From: Octopus sinensis
Lineage: Eukaryota
Reading direction: 5' to 3'
Length of the DNA stretch: 64,000 nucleotides
Assembly: GCF_006345805.1 (NCBI RefSeq)
Contig: NC_042997.1
Span: forward strand, 169,756,001 to 169,820,000
Below, piece after piece: positions 1-11,780 of the stretch. The notes under the pieces were generated by a model, which saw nothing but the letters and a program-made list of their open reading frames with translations, was not told the origin of the DNA and did not search any database. A program made the position numbers and the translations under genes. The number at the start of each line of letters is the position of its first letter. The stretch's first letter is position 1.

Positions 1-149
1 GATAATTCAACCCAACCAATTCCTACCAGGAAGAAATTACATTCGAGACTTTACCCCCACTTCTGCTAATAGCTGCTGCAGCCGCAAGTTATTCGAATAC
101 TATTTTTGTTTACACTTTCTTTATAACTACCACCCCAAACGTTTTACCT

Positions 150-545
150 TAAATTTTTGACGTACCCTAAGGGTCCTTGGACGCTACTTGCAAACTCTTG
201 GTTTATTATAAACCGCTTTTGTCGTGTGCATCAAAAAACCTTTTCCATTCGTTTGTTCAGTTTGGTCACTTTTGACTTTTTCGTTGTCACTCACATTGCT
301 GCCCGCTTTTTTGCCGTTTTTGTACATTTTTATACATTTTTGGATACTTACCCCACGTGTTCCGAGAGTTAAAAAGGTCGAGTTGCGTCCCCTAGACAGT
401 CTGTAGAAAATGTGTTGCATATAAAAAGCTTAGATTCTCGACCCGTGTCAAGTTTCATCAGAATCGGTTGAAAGCCGTGGTCAGGGTGAGGGTACAACCT
501 GACAGACACACAGACAGACAAACTGCCATTTATATAGGGAGAGAT
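150..545 (+). mobile_element. Probable 3' part of a non-autonomous Helitron-like element (Lep1/HINE-like)
   Basis: 451-545 reads AGTTTCATCAGAATCGGTTGAAAGCCG..., then an (ACAG)n tract, then AAACTGCCATTTATATAG. This resembles the layout of Lep1-type Helitron 3' ends. The 5' boundary is not resolved. Confidence 0.4.
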
Positions 546-821
546 TATGCCTTTCTCTTCACTCTGTTAGAGGTAGATATGTTTTTAATTCTTCACTATT
601 GTAAATTTGTAAATTTATATAAATATAAAAATATAAAAAGAAAAAATATAAAAGAAAAAAAAGTTAATTGTTGAGGAATGTCCAATTTAAGGACTTTATC
701 AATAACAGAAAATGGGGAGGTTATGAATATCAGAATTTATGTTTGTGAAATGATTACATATTATGAATGGATACTATAAATATTCATTCTAATACATATG
801 TACACATACTTAATCATCATC

Positions 822-1230
822 ATTAAAGTCTGTGTTCCATGCTGGCATAAAGTGGACAGGTTGACAGGATCTACTGATCCAGACTATGTTGGGTCCAGTG
901 TCTAATTTGATGGAAGCTCTATCTCAGTGGTTCCCAAACTATGAGTCGCGACTCACAGATGGGTCGCGAACGGAATCTTAGTGGGTCACAAAAAGTTATA
1001 AAATTAACGCATTAGCTTTGATTAACTGCTGTCTATCGAGATAGTTCAAGACTTATAAGTGGATCATCATAAACTGGTGTGATAAATTGTGGGTCGCAAC
1101 TCAAAAAAGTTTGGGAACCACTGCTCTATCTAATTAGGTGGCTGGAGGCTCTGTCTAATGTCAACCACTTCACAGAGTGTACTAAGTGCTTTTTCATGGT
1201 ACCAACACTAATAAGGTTACCAAGGAACTC
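822..1230 (-). mobile_element. Decayed SINE with (CAT)n tail (family B), split by a hAT MITE
   Basis: CATCATCAT...TTCCATGCTGGCAT tail at 824-850; body motif GCTGGAGGCTCTGTCTAATGTCAACCACT resumes after 1131. Same motifs as better copies at 30361 and 34553. Confidence 0.6.
925..1123. mobile_element. hAT-superfamily MITE (199 bp)
   Basis: Perfect 16-bp TIRs CAGTGGTTCCCAAACT (925-940) and AGTTTGGGAACCACTG (1108-1123); perfect 8-bp TSD CTCTATCT at 917-924 and 1124-1131. Confidence 0.92.
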
Positions 1231-1439
1231 ACAAGACAAGAACCCACAACTGAGTGAGGGTGCAGTTTTGAGGGAGGTAGCTCTGTACCAGCCGTCAGGA
1301 GAATAAAATATGAAAGAGGAACAGATGTCTTATGTTGAGGAGATATGGCTTACCCAGCAGGAAAGGAAGAAAGGATGATGGCAATAAGGGATATGGTCTC
1401 AGTAGGTGTGATTAGTTTATGGCATATACTATTCATTTT

Positions 1440-2450
1440 ACTGTTGCTATTAAAATTTACTTAACAGTTATACCTGACATCTTATGTATGTAGAGCTAGC
1501 AGGGAAGTGTTTATCGATTCAATTTAGAAAGGTTTTTATTGTATAGAACTTCATGTTTAGCTGGTAAGAGGATGTAAGCTAAGTTATATTTCAGTACCTT
1601 TTCTTTATCTGATAGGTGAATCTGGGTTGGAGTATAATTGACCTTGTCTCATTTTTAAGGCATCATTATAATAAGGGCTGACTTGTCAAAGATTTCTTCA
1701 GAAATACATAATACTTTCATTTATACTATTAATAGAATTTTTGAATCCTATAATTGGGTAGCATCAACCTGTATCAATATAAGTGAGCTTTTCAATTGGT
1801 TTTCTGAAATTTATCTATGACTATATTTGTTGTTGTTATATTTAAGGCCAAAGTACAGAATGAGGCCGAAGTACTAAATGTTGAATGAGATTTCCCTTAG
1901 TGTATTTAGTGTATGCCTGTTTGAATTTTTATAGACAACTAATTCATCATTTCTTTGAAGGCCAATGTCTACAAAAATAAATCTTTTATTCAATGTATAG
2001 CTCACAAAGATGACTTCCAAGAGAGCATTATTTGAGTTGAGAAATCCCTTCATATCAGTGTGTCGTTGGATAACATACCAACAAACTTCCTCATATCAGC
2101 ACCCCAATTTCCCCATGGTTCTCCACATAAGTCAACAAAACTTGATATGCAAGTACTTATCCTTTTCACGTTTTGCAACTGTCAAATGTTAAAGATCATG
2201 GGCATGTTGCTTTTAACAAATTCAAATCTACATTAAAAGTATGGGACAATGATAAAAGATTTTTGTAGCATATTATTCAATAGAACTTGTTGCAAATATT
2301 TTGCAAACAATTACAAGTTTGACAATTAACATAGTTTTTGACACAATACCTTTTCCTTTGGCAAAATGCAGAATAGATTTTTCCACTAACGTCTCACACA
2401 CTATCGCTAGTTCTCTCAAAAAAATAATAGCCCATGAGAAGAAAAAAATT
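1440..2450 (-). mobile_element. Decayed Penelope-like retroelement, RT plus linker region
   Basis: Minus-strand peptide remnants in PLE order: MG.. (2118-2097), DIGLQRNDEL resembling GLYRDDGL (1969-1940), EEIFDKSA followed by YNDALK after a frameshift (from 1699), IDKHFP (1518-1502). Many stops and frameshifts. Confidence 0.6.
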
Positions 2451-2985
2451 AAGGTGTTGCAAACTTAGATACTTTTTATCTTGTATATTTATGTGAAATC
2501 ATGTATGTATTTGTAAATGTGTTTTTGTATTTGTATAATTGTGTGCGTATGAATGTATTTTTGTACATGTATGATTGTACATAAATATAACTTGTTTGCT
2601 GGTATTTATTTCTATGATCTTGCTCAGGTATTTATGTCTTTATATATGTGTATTTGCACATTATTTTCTAATTATTATCAATTTAATCTCATTAATTACT
2701 AAATAATAAAACCAACTTAGTTTAGGTGACAATTATATAACCTCTCTGGTTAATTATTCCTTAATCTGTTTATACTGATAAACCTAACCAGATTATTAAT
2801 GCAGTACACTTAAACATGATATGTATACATGTTTGTGTTCAAACCAACCTGTGCTAGCACGGAAAACGGATGTTAAACGATGATGATGATGATGATGATG
2901 ATTGCTCCAATAGAAATAAAATGTATTGCTTATCCATGTCTCTTAAAAACATCCCAACCTTGAGTAGGAGAACATAGGTAACTAG

Positions 2986-3294
2986 TTAACTAATTTCGTT
3001 TTTGTATTTGGTTTGCAATATTCTTTATGTAAATTCGCATGTTGAAGCATATTTTGTGCCTGGAGAGAGCCATTCTCTTTTAGTACCTTATTACTTGACA
3101 TACTCACCGGTTCGATTTCCACACACTTATTTATTTTTTCTAAAATTTTCATTGTGTCTTACAATAGAGGTTGCAAGACAACGAAAATTTTAGGGAAAAA
3201 AAAAGTAAATGAGTGGAAACCGAACCAGTGAGTGCGTTAAGTAATAAGGCTCTAAAAGAGAATGACTATCTCCAGCCACAATAAAATTAGTTAA
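2986..3294. repeat. Foldback/hairpin MITE-like element
   Basis: 3044-3130 is an imperfect reverse complement of 3205-3290. The inner part also pairs (CTAAAATTTTC..GTCTTACAA / TTGCAAGAC..GAAAATTTTAG around TAGAGG). Outer TTAACTAATTT (2986-2996) pairs with AAATTAGTTAA (3284-3294). Confidence 0.75.
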
Positions 3295-3984
3295 TTGATT
3301 GCCTGCTTAAAAATTTGATCAATTTATTAGTCATTTGGAGTATTGGTGACCTTTCATTGACATTTGTGGTGACAGCACATAAGTTTTTAGCTTTACAGTT
3401 CTGTTATTTTCATATTTTTATACAGCTGGTCTTTCAAAATAAAAATTAATTTGAAATGTACAAATTTTTCAGTTAAATTCGCCAATGTGTCTATCAATCT
3501 CTTGTGCTGATCTTTTATATTATCATATATATAAAAGAAAAAGGATATTCTCTAGAATATCTATGCTACTGTATAAATGTGCTCACAAGGAAATATATAT
3601 ACTGTTGGTACTGAAGCTGTTACTGTTGTAGCTATTGGGTACAAAAAGCACTTACACATATTTCTCATCATGCTGCAGTTCATTTTGCAACAACTATTTG
3701 ATGACTAAATTTGTCAATATTAATTTTATTTCAGCTTATGATTATAAAAGTGTTAGTTTGTCAGTCACTTGTTGGCTATGGTTGTAGGGAAAAAAATTTA
3801 ACTGAAATTGACCTAGTTTTTAAAAAATTTAATTGAAATTAAACTATTTCTTATATTTGTTTTGCAAAAATTATTTGCCACCTATTGTATTTTATCTGTT
3901 TTGTATTTAATGTTTGCATTATTTTTTTTTTTTTTGAGACTATCATAAATTTAGCACTTTGTTATACTTTATCTCTTCTAATAA

Positions 3985-4010
3985 ATTTTTTTCTTTTCTT
4001 TCTATTGCAG
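3985..4010 (+). promoter_or_regulatory. Candidate 3' splice acceptor for the 5'UTR of the GT92 gene (alternatives end at 4743 and 4757)
   Basis: Long polypyrimidine tract TTTTTTCTTTTCTTTCTATTGCAG ending at 4010; weaker TTTCAG at 4743 and CTCAG at 4757 just before the ATG at 4766. No transcript evidence. Confidence 0.3.
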
Positions 4011-4765
4011 CTAATCAAATGCTTTACTGTAAAGCTGGCAGACACTCAGAAGACAAAAAATATTGTGAAAATAAGAGACTGTGTCATTAAATAAAGCATT
4101 CAGCCTCTGATGAAATTTGTGCTGTCATCTTATGAAATTACCTGTGATACATTGTTTGAATGATCTGAATTTGATAATCATCATGCTGCACCTTTAATGG
4201 GATACTGTACAACTTCAAACTTCCCTTTAAAATTACAACATGGAACTAATTGCCCTAAGATTTTATCCCGCAGTTCCATGCATTTTCCACTGTTTAAAAA
4301 GAGAATTCTCCTCCCTTGGATCTTAAACAAATCAACTAGTCAGATTTTAAAATAGCTTCTTGTTAATTCTTAACAATGAATATTTAAAGAACTTGTAAAT
4401 ATTACCTAACAACTATTGTTAAACTTTTATTTTCTGTTTAAGGAAATGATCCCTAAAATATTAGCCAACTTGAATATTGTTTGATAATCAACAAATTTTA
4501 TTATTGATCTCATATTGTTTTCTGCAAATATTTTTTATTTTCTCTATAATTAATCTTGTAATGTTTTCTTGTGTTATCTCAGACTTCCCACATGTTTTCA
4601 TGCTAAATATCACCTCAGGCATGAATATGTTTCTCAGTATTAACTAAATTGATTTATGAGATTTAGTAGCTTTCCTTCACCTGTTCAGGGGATCCAACTT
4701 TTCTTTGATACTATTTAATTTATTTCATTAGCTCTAGTTTCAGATTTTGTGTCTCAGCTGGTACC

Positions 4766-6253
4766 ATGCCTTTCAATTTGTTACAAAGGTTACGGTCTGT
4801 CAATCGTAAACTGATAATTATTTCTGGTCTGATTTATTTATCACTTGTTTTCTTATTCCATGGTAGACTAGAATTTGAACAGCAACTTGATAACCGTTTT
4901 AAAACAGTTTTTTTCAAAAGAAACCCTGTTCATTTATACTTGAAAAAAAACACCTCTGCAACAAGTATTTCCCATTCATTACATTCCTCATTGAAAAATA
5001 AAATGGAATTGCATGTTAGAAACATCTCCACAAAACCACATGTCCATATTCAAGCAAACACTCCTAATTTCACTTTACCTTACAAAAATATAAACATCAC
5101 TCATGCACCCAATTATAAAAACTGTTATCAATCTTCTTCCAATGTTGGCAACAACACATTCCACCGGATATCAGATGGCATATTTATTTATTCTGCATAT
5201 TTGGATGATCGTCACTCAGTTCCATTTGTTCGTGTCATGACCATAATAGCTCAACGTAAATATAAACTGCGATATTTCTGTCATTTTCCTGGCAATTTTT
5301 GGACCGATGGTCTTGTATATCAGATGTGTGAAAACCACAATAAACATTTTGGTGGTTATATAATATCTTGCCCTCTACCATCTTCAAAACCTGACCAACA
5401 AAAATTATTCTGTTCTGTGAGTATATCTTTAAAAAAAAATGGTGACACAAATCACAGTTCATTCATTCCAATTACAAAGATTCGTACAAATAGTCAACCT
5501 TTTAGCTATGGAATATGCATTCCACCTTTGTTTGGTAATATATCCCAAGAACACTTAGTTGAGTATATTGAGTTATCCAAGTTACTAGGTGTGCAACACC
5601 TGTACTTTTACAGTTTTCGTTTATCTGATGCTGCAACTCATGTTTTGGAATATTATGAAAAGCAAAACATAGTAACTATAATTCCTTGGAAGCTGCCTGT
5701 TGAGATTCATGATAATACTATTTGGTACAATGGTCAACTGATTGCGCATAATGATTGTTTATATCGATCAATGAGTCAAGTCAAAATGGTAGCATTCAAT
5801 GACCTTGATGAATTCATCATTCCACACAATGGTTCAACATGGACAGATTTTGTTAATAGACTAAGTGGTGAAAATGTTTGTGGATTTTCATTTTGGAGTG
5901 CATTTTTTGATCCCTCCACAGGAAGACCACATCCTTCTGGATTGTTTACCATGAGCCAAACTGGGCGCTCAGCTAAGTTCAGCCAAGTGCGAACAAAAGT
6001 ACTTGTTGAACCATTGAAAATATTTGAAGTTGGCATACATCATGTAAGTAAACCAAATGAAGAACATTACAAGATGTTGAGAGTGGACACAAACGTTGCA
6101 TTCCTACATCATTACAGAAAATGTGTTTCAAATTATGGCATGAAATGTGATAAATTTATACCTGATAGGGCCATATACCGATATTTTGATGATTTGAAGA
6201 CTGCTTTTGATTCACAGTTAAAAATAATACGCCAAATAAATTCCACTGCTTAA
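4766..6253 (+). CDS. Glycosyltransferase family 92 (DUF23) protein, GALT-1-like putative beta-1,4-galactosyltransferase; type II membrane protein, uninterrupted CDS
   Basis: 495-aa ORF with a basic N-tail and hydrophobic anchor (LIIISGLIYLSLVFLF), an S/T/H-rich stem, then GT92-type motifs: ICIPPLFG, WYNGQLIAHNDCLYR, DxD motif FNDLDEFIIP (DLD at 5801-5809, aa 346-348) and C-terminal HHY (aa 448-450). ATG context GTACCATGC. Confidence 0.88.
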   Translation: MPFNLLQRLRSVNRKLIIISGLIYLSLVFLFHGRLEFEQQLDNRFKTVFFKRNPVHLYLKKNTSATSISHSLHSSLKNKMELHVRNISTKPHVHIQANTPNFTLPYKNINITHAPNYKNCYQSSSNVGNNTFHRISDGIFIYSAYLDDRHSVPFVRVMTIIAQRKYKLRYFCHFPGNFWTDGLVYQMCENHNKHFGGYIISCPLPSSKPDQQKLFCSVSISLKKNGDTNHSSFIPITKIRTNSQPFSYGICIPPLFGNISQEHLVEYIELSKLLGVQHLYFYSFRLSDAATHVLEYYEKQNIVTIIPWKLPVEIHDNTIWYNGQLIAHNDCLYRSMSQVKMVAFNDLDEFIIPHNGSTWTDFVNRLSGENVCGFSFWSAFFDPSTGRPHPSGLFTMSQTGRSAKFSQVRTKVLVEPLKIFEVGIHHVSKPNEEHYKMLRVDTNVAFLHHYRKCVSNYGMKCDKFIPDRAIYRYFDDLKTAFDSQLKIIRQINSTA

Positions 6254-6464
6254 ATTTTTTATAGCTTTTTTCTTTTTATTGCAAATTATTTTACACAGGA
6301 ATTTTTAACTTGGCTGTCTTTATGAAAACAGCTTTGTATCTGCTGTTTTTGTTATTTCTTTCTTTCTTTTCTTTTCAAATCTAGAAACATCCAGTTCTTT
6401 GTAAAATAGTTTTGTTTTTCCCAATATAAAAGTTATACAGCTTTTACATATATAATTTGACATA

Positions 6465-7728
6465 CAAGGGTTGGGTGGATAGTTCCTTGGCTGACCAAGA
6501 TACACTCATGGAACGTGACCAAATGAGAGATATTTTTCAACATCATTCTCCTTCCAGTCTACACACTTCTTCCATCAGTGTTGCAGTGCTTGGATCCCAT
6601 TGGTGAAGAAGTTTTCATCCTGTTGGTCAAAAAAGTCATCAACGGTAGATATGACATCATCATCACTAAGATACTGGTTCCTTGCCAAGTGTCTTTTTAT
6701 GCTGAGAAACAGAAGATGGTTAGATGGGCCAAATCAGGAGAATAGGGAGAGTACCCAACTAGTTCAAAGTCACAGTCATGCACAGCAGCCATTGAAGCAA
6801 AAGACTTGTGTGCTGAAGCATTTTCCTGATGAAACAAGACCCATTTTGTCAATTTTCCAAGGTGTTTGGTCTTGATAGCCTTTCGTAACTGCCTCAACAA
6901 GTTAGCATAGTACTCTCCATTGATGGTGTGGCCCTTTTGAAGATACTCAATAAACACAGTGCCTTTTGTATTCCCAAAGACTGGGGCCATCACCTTCCTT
7001 GTAGATGAAATTACCTTTGGAGCAGGTAAGGTGGGGTGTTTCCACTGTATGGATTGTCTCTTTGTCTCTGGCTCAAAGTGATGATGCCAACACTCATCCT
7101 GGTTTAGAAAACATCCAAGGAAACAAGATGAGTCTGTCTCAAAGTCAGATTTTCCTGTGATGGGATCAACCTGGTGTGCTTTTGATCAGGTGTCAGAAGA
7201 CACAGCATCCACTGAGCAGAAACTTTCATCATGCCAAGCTCATTGTGCAGAATATTCTCTACTCTCTCATGGGATAAGCTAATATCATTGGCTATTTAAT
7301 TTATAGTCAATCACCTCTCATTCATTACTATGTGGGGAACACAATCAACGTTTGCCTCAATGTTGGCAGCTGCAGGATGTCCAGACTTTAGGTCATGTTC
7401 AAGACTCTCCCTTCCAGTCCTAAATTCAGCTGCCCGCTTTTGCACTGTTGATAAAGCTGGATCGTCATCCCCTAATGTAGCAACCATGTTGGTATGAACC
7501 CTTTTTCTGCAAGTACTTGCTAACAGCACAATGTCAAGAGTTGTCCATTTTCAACAGAAGTCGCTACCAGTTACTCTTGAAGTCTTCTTTGAACAGTTTG
7601 ATGTCAGTTGACCTGGAAAGAAACAATACAGTTATTAAGAAGAAGAGCTGAAATTAAGTCATGCAAGATTTCACAGCTGTTGCATCACTCCTTCATAGTC
7701 AACCTATGAACTTTTGAGCCCAACCTTG
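6465..7728 (-). mobile_element. Full-length but decayed mariner transposon (irritans/Himar1-like)
   Basis: TA on both sides (6463-64, 7729-30) and imperfect ~30-bp TIRs. Minus-strand ORF fragments 7529-7311 (HTH region, ..SGHP..) and 6993-6697 (GHTINGEYYANLL, FHQENASAHKS, YSPDLA) match mariner transposase motifs. Confidence 0.9.
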
Positions 7729-8020
7729 TATATTTCTTGACTGCTCTGTATTTATATATTAGTATTCATACCTGACTTTTGTTATATAATTTGTGCGTAT
7801 GTATTTGTGAGAGCCAGAGAGTGAGAGGTTTTGTTAGATTATATCATCATGCAACAATAAGTACTTATGTATTTTAAACTTCTGTATCAACATTTATTTA
7901 GATAAGTTCATATTTTCCAAATTTACATTTTCTCAGTTCTAGTAAATTGGTAGTCTGAAAAAAAAAGAAAAAAAAACTGTTGTATGTTTAGAAAAGAACA
8001 GTTCTCATACATATTTGCAT

Positions 8021-9150
8021 AATAATAATAATAGTTTCAAATTTAGGTATACGGTCAGCAGTATTGATGGGAGGTTTGGTTAGTCAATTACATTATTCCT
8101 TATTTTTGACTGGTACTTTATTTTAGACTCCCAGAGGGATGAAAGGCAAAGTTATCCCGAGAGGAAGAATTTTTAACTCAGAATGTATACAACCAGAACA
8201 AATACTGCAAGGCATTTTTCAGACATTCCAATGATTCTACCAATCTGTTGTTCCATTGGTATCTTACTTAGGCACAAAGCTAGCAGTTTTGAGGATGAAA
8301 GGCAAAGTTACCTCGGTAGAATTTGAACTTAGGACATAAAGAACTAGAAGAAATACTGCCATACATTTTGCTTGCTTGCCACCTTAATAATAATAATAAT
8401 AATAATAATAATATTGGTTTCAAATTTTGGCTCACGGTCAGCAATTTAGGGGAGGTACTTATTTTATCAACCTTGAAAAGATGACAGGCAAATGTATACC
8501 TGGAAGAAATGCCTCTCATCATTTTGCCTGGCATGCTAACGATTCTGCCAGCTTGCTGCCTTAATAATATGATTAATAATAATAACGTTCTACTATAGGC
8601 ATAAGGCCTGAAATTTGCTGGGAGGGAGCAACCCCAGTGTCATATACCTGGAAGAAATACCTCTCATCATTTTGCCTGACATGCTAACGATTCTGCCAGC
8701 TTGCTGCTTTAATAATATGATTAATAATAATAACTTTCTACTATAGGCATAAAGCCTGAAATTTGCTAGGAGGGAGTAACCCCAGTGTTCAACTGGTGCT
8801 CATTTTATCAACCCCCAAAAAGATGAAAGGCAAAATCAACCTCAGCAGAATTTCAACATAAAGATGGGTGAAATGCTACTAAGCATTTTGTCCAGCCTGC
8901 TAATGGTTCTGCCAGTTCACCACCTTAATAATAATAATAGTTTCAAATTTTAGCACAAGGCCAGCAATTTCAGAGTCAGGGATAAGTCAATGATATCAAC
9001 TCAACTGGTATTTATTTTATCAACCCCAAAAGGATGAAAGGTAAAGTCAACTTTTGCGGAATTTGAACTCTGAAACTAAAGGTGAGAATGAAAAGCTACA
9101 AAGCATTTTGCCTGGTGTGCTAATGGTTTTGTCAGCTCATCACCTTAATA
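8021..9150 (-). mobile_element. Head-to-tail stack of about six decayed SINEs (family C) separated by (AAT)n, including a 148-bp tandem duplication
   Basis: Repeated GATGAAAGGCAAAGT..GAATTTGAACT..GCTAACGATTCTGCCAGC motifs, all in one orientation; 8495-8642 is repeated at 8643-8790. Confidence 0.85.
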
Positions 9151-9699
9151 ATAATAATAACAAAAATAAATTATAATCATGTTCATTATTATTATTTGCC
9201 TAAAGTTAATATATTTTCAGTTATTTAATGATTTATCGAGTTAAGTGACATAAGCATTAACTTTGGTATTAATATTTTACCCCTTAAAATTAAATTTGCT
9301 CAAGATCTCTATATTCTATTAAATACAATTTTTCATATCTGCCTAATGTCAACATTATTGATATTGATTTTATAGCTGGTGTCTTTCATTATCATTTTCT
9401 ACCTTGTCAGACCAATTTTCTACCAAAATTTAAAATATCAAAACAAGGGAAAATTTATGAAAACTTGCATAGACTTTATTTTAGTGTTAAACCATTCTTC
9501 TGAATATGAAACAGCCTTTCATCTATCTCCTGAATTTTGCAATATCATTTTATATTATTGCTATAAGTTTACAATTGATAGTTAAGATAAACATGCCAGC
9601 GATAATATAGTTTCTCAAATATAATAGATTTTTCCATCCTCAAATACTCACTGATCTTTATCCAAATCAAATATAATGCTGAATTATATATTATATATT

Positions 9700-9757
9700 A
9701 TGCACTTATATATATATATATTGTATGTGCATGTTTATGTGTGTATGTATGTGTATG

Positions 9758-9789
<32 letters not shown>

Positions 9790-9995
9790 TATTCATCATT
9801 GTTTAATGTCTGCCTTCCATGCTAGCATTTATAGATATATGCATATTTTTATATATATATAATGATGATAATATTGTATGTGTATATGCATGTTATATAT
9901 ATATGTGTGTGTGTGTATATATATGTGTATATATTATACTTAAATATATATATATATGTATATAGATATATATAGATATGTATATATATGTATAT
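9700..9995. repeat. Compound (TA)n/(TG)n microsatellite region
   Basis: Direct reading. Confidence 0.9.
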
Positions 9996-11513
9996 AGACA
10001 GGAAAATAAGTGGTATCAGGTCAGATTATGACATTTATATAGTGTATATGGAGAAAAGAATGTTTTAAGGAGTTTAAACAGAATAAATTAGTAAAACTTC
10101 AATTCAGGAATGTTCGTAATAGTTGTGATATACAGGATGACCATAAAGCTCAAATTGATGGGGATGTGAAATTACTGTATTACAGTACATTTAATTTTGC
10201 ATCACTAATGGTGGGAACAATACTAAAATTGTTAATGTAGTTAAGTAAAATTGTTGACATCCAAATCTGTTTTGGATTTTACCTGTGATGATTTACCTTA
10301 ACCTACTATATAGTATCAATATTACAGTCATAATTATACCAGGCTTTCTCGTGCAGCAGACATGTTTGGTCTCATGGTCAATACTTTAAAGACTGAGCTG
10401 CTTTACCAGCCCCCACCAAGATGTCCTACTTATCTCAGTATTACAGTGACTTTCTCTTACTCTTTACTCTTTTACTTGTTTCAGTCATTTGACTGCAGCC
10501 ATGCTGGATCACCACCTTTAGTCGAGCAAATCGACCCCGGGACTCATTCTTTGTAAGCCCAGTACTTATTCTATCGGTCTCTTTTGCCGAACCGCTAAGT
10601 GACAGGGATGTAAATACACCAGCATCTGTTGTCAAGCGATGCTTGGGGGACAAACACAGACACACAAACATATACACACACATATATATATACATATATA
10701 CGACAGGCTTCTTTCAGTTTCCATCTACCAAATCCACTCACAAGGCACTGGTCGGCCCGAGGCTATAGCAGAAGACATTTGCCCAAGATGCCACGCAGTG
10801 GGACTGAACCCGGAACCATGTGGTTGGTAAGCAAGCTACTTACTACACAGCCAATTCTGTGCCACTTGTACTAATTCTTCTGACGTCAGAGTCAAGAAGT
10901 AAATATAGTCTATTACAAAGGCTTTTGGCTCTTTTGAGAAGTGTTTATGGAGCTACCAAGATACTACCCACAAAACAAAAATAAAGATATACAGTACTGC
11001 TGCGTTACCTTGCCTCCTCCTCTCCACAGAATGCACGGCCCTCTACCACAGGCACATCAAGGTAAAGCAGCTCAGTCTTTGAAGTATTGACCATGAGACC
11101 AAACATGTCTGCTGCACGAGAAAGCCTGGAATAATTATGACTGTAATATTGATACTATATAGTAGGTTAAGGTAAATCATCACAGGTAAAATCCAAAACA
11201 GATTTGGATGTCAACAATTTTACTTAACTACTTTAACATTTTTAGTATTGTTCCCACCATTAGTGATGCAAAATTAAAGGTACTTTACGAGATTCATATG
11301 AACTTAATACAGTAATTTCACATGCCCATCAATTTGAGCTTTATGCTCATCCTGTATATCACAACTATTATGAACATCCCTGAATTGAAGTTTTACTAAT
11401 TTATTCTGTTTAAACTCCTTAAAACATTCTTTTCTCCATATACACTATATAAATATATAAATGTCATAATCTGACCTGATACCACTTATTTGCCTGTCTA
11501 TATACATATATAT
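9982..11513. repeat. Long inverted repeat: arms ~9982-10407 and 11061-11513, spacer ~650 bp
   Basis: The right arm is the reverse complement of the left with scattered substitutions and two short indels, e.g. GGTATCAGGTCAGATTATGACATT vs AATGTCATAATCTGACCTGATACC, and GACTGAGCTGCTTTACC vs GGTAAAGCAGCTCAGTC. Confidence 0.92.
10452..10853 (-). mobile_element. tRNA-derived SINE (family A), near full length
   Basis: Reverse complement of the 37062-37447 copy: (CTCTTTTA) tail, CAGTCATTTGACTGCAGCCATGCTGG, and head GGACTGAACCCGGAACCATGTGG..CACAGCCA. Confidence 0.9.
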
Positions 11514-11524
11514 CTATCTATCTA

Positions 11525-11594
<70 letters not shown>

Positions 11595-11637
11595 TAAAAT
11601 ACACACACACACACATATATATATACATAAGTATAAT

Positions 11638-11670
<33 letters not shown>

Positions 11671-11723
11671 AGTATAATACACACACACATATATATATGT
11701 ATATATATATATATATAAGTATA

Positions 11724-11778
<55 letters not shown>

Positions 11779-11780
11779 AT
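11514..11780. repeat. Compound (TA)n/(CA)n microsatellite
   Basis: Direct reading; it is the source of the spurious YIYI/CVCV ORFs. Confidence 0.95.

Noticed and set aside
4101-4145. CTGATGA...GAAA upstream of the GT92 gene
   Set aside because: No stem II, no NUH triplet and no stem I; chance match.
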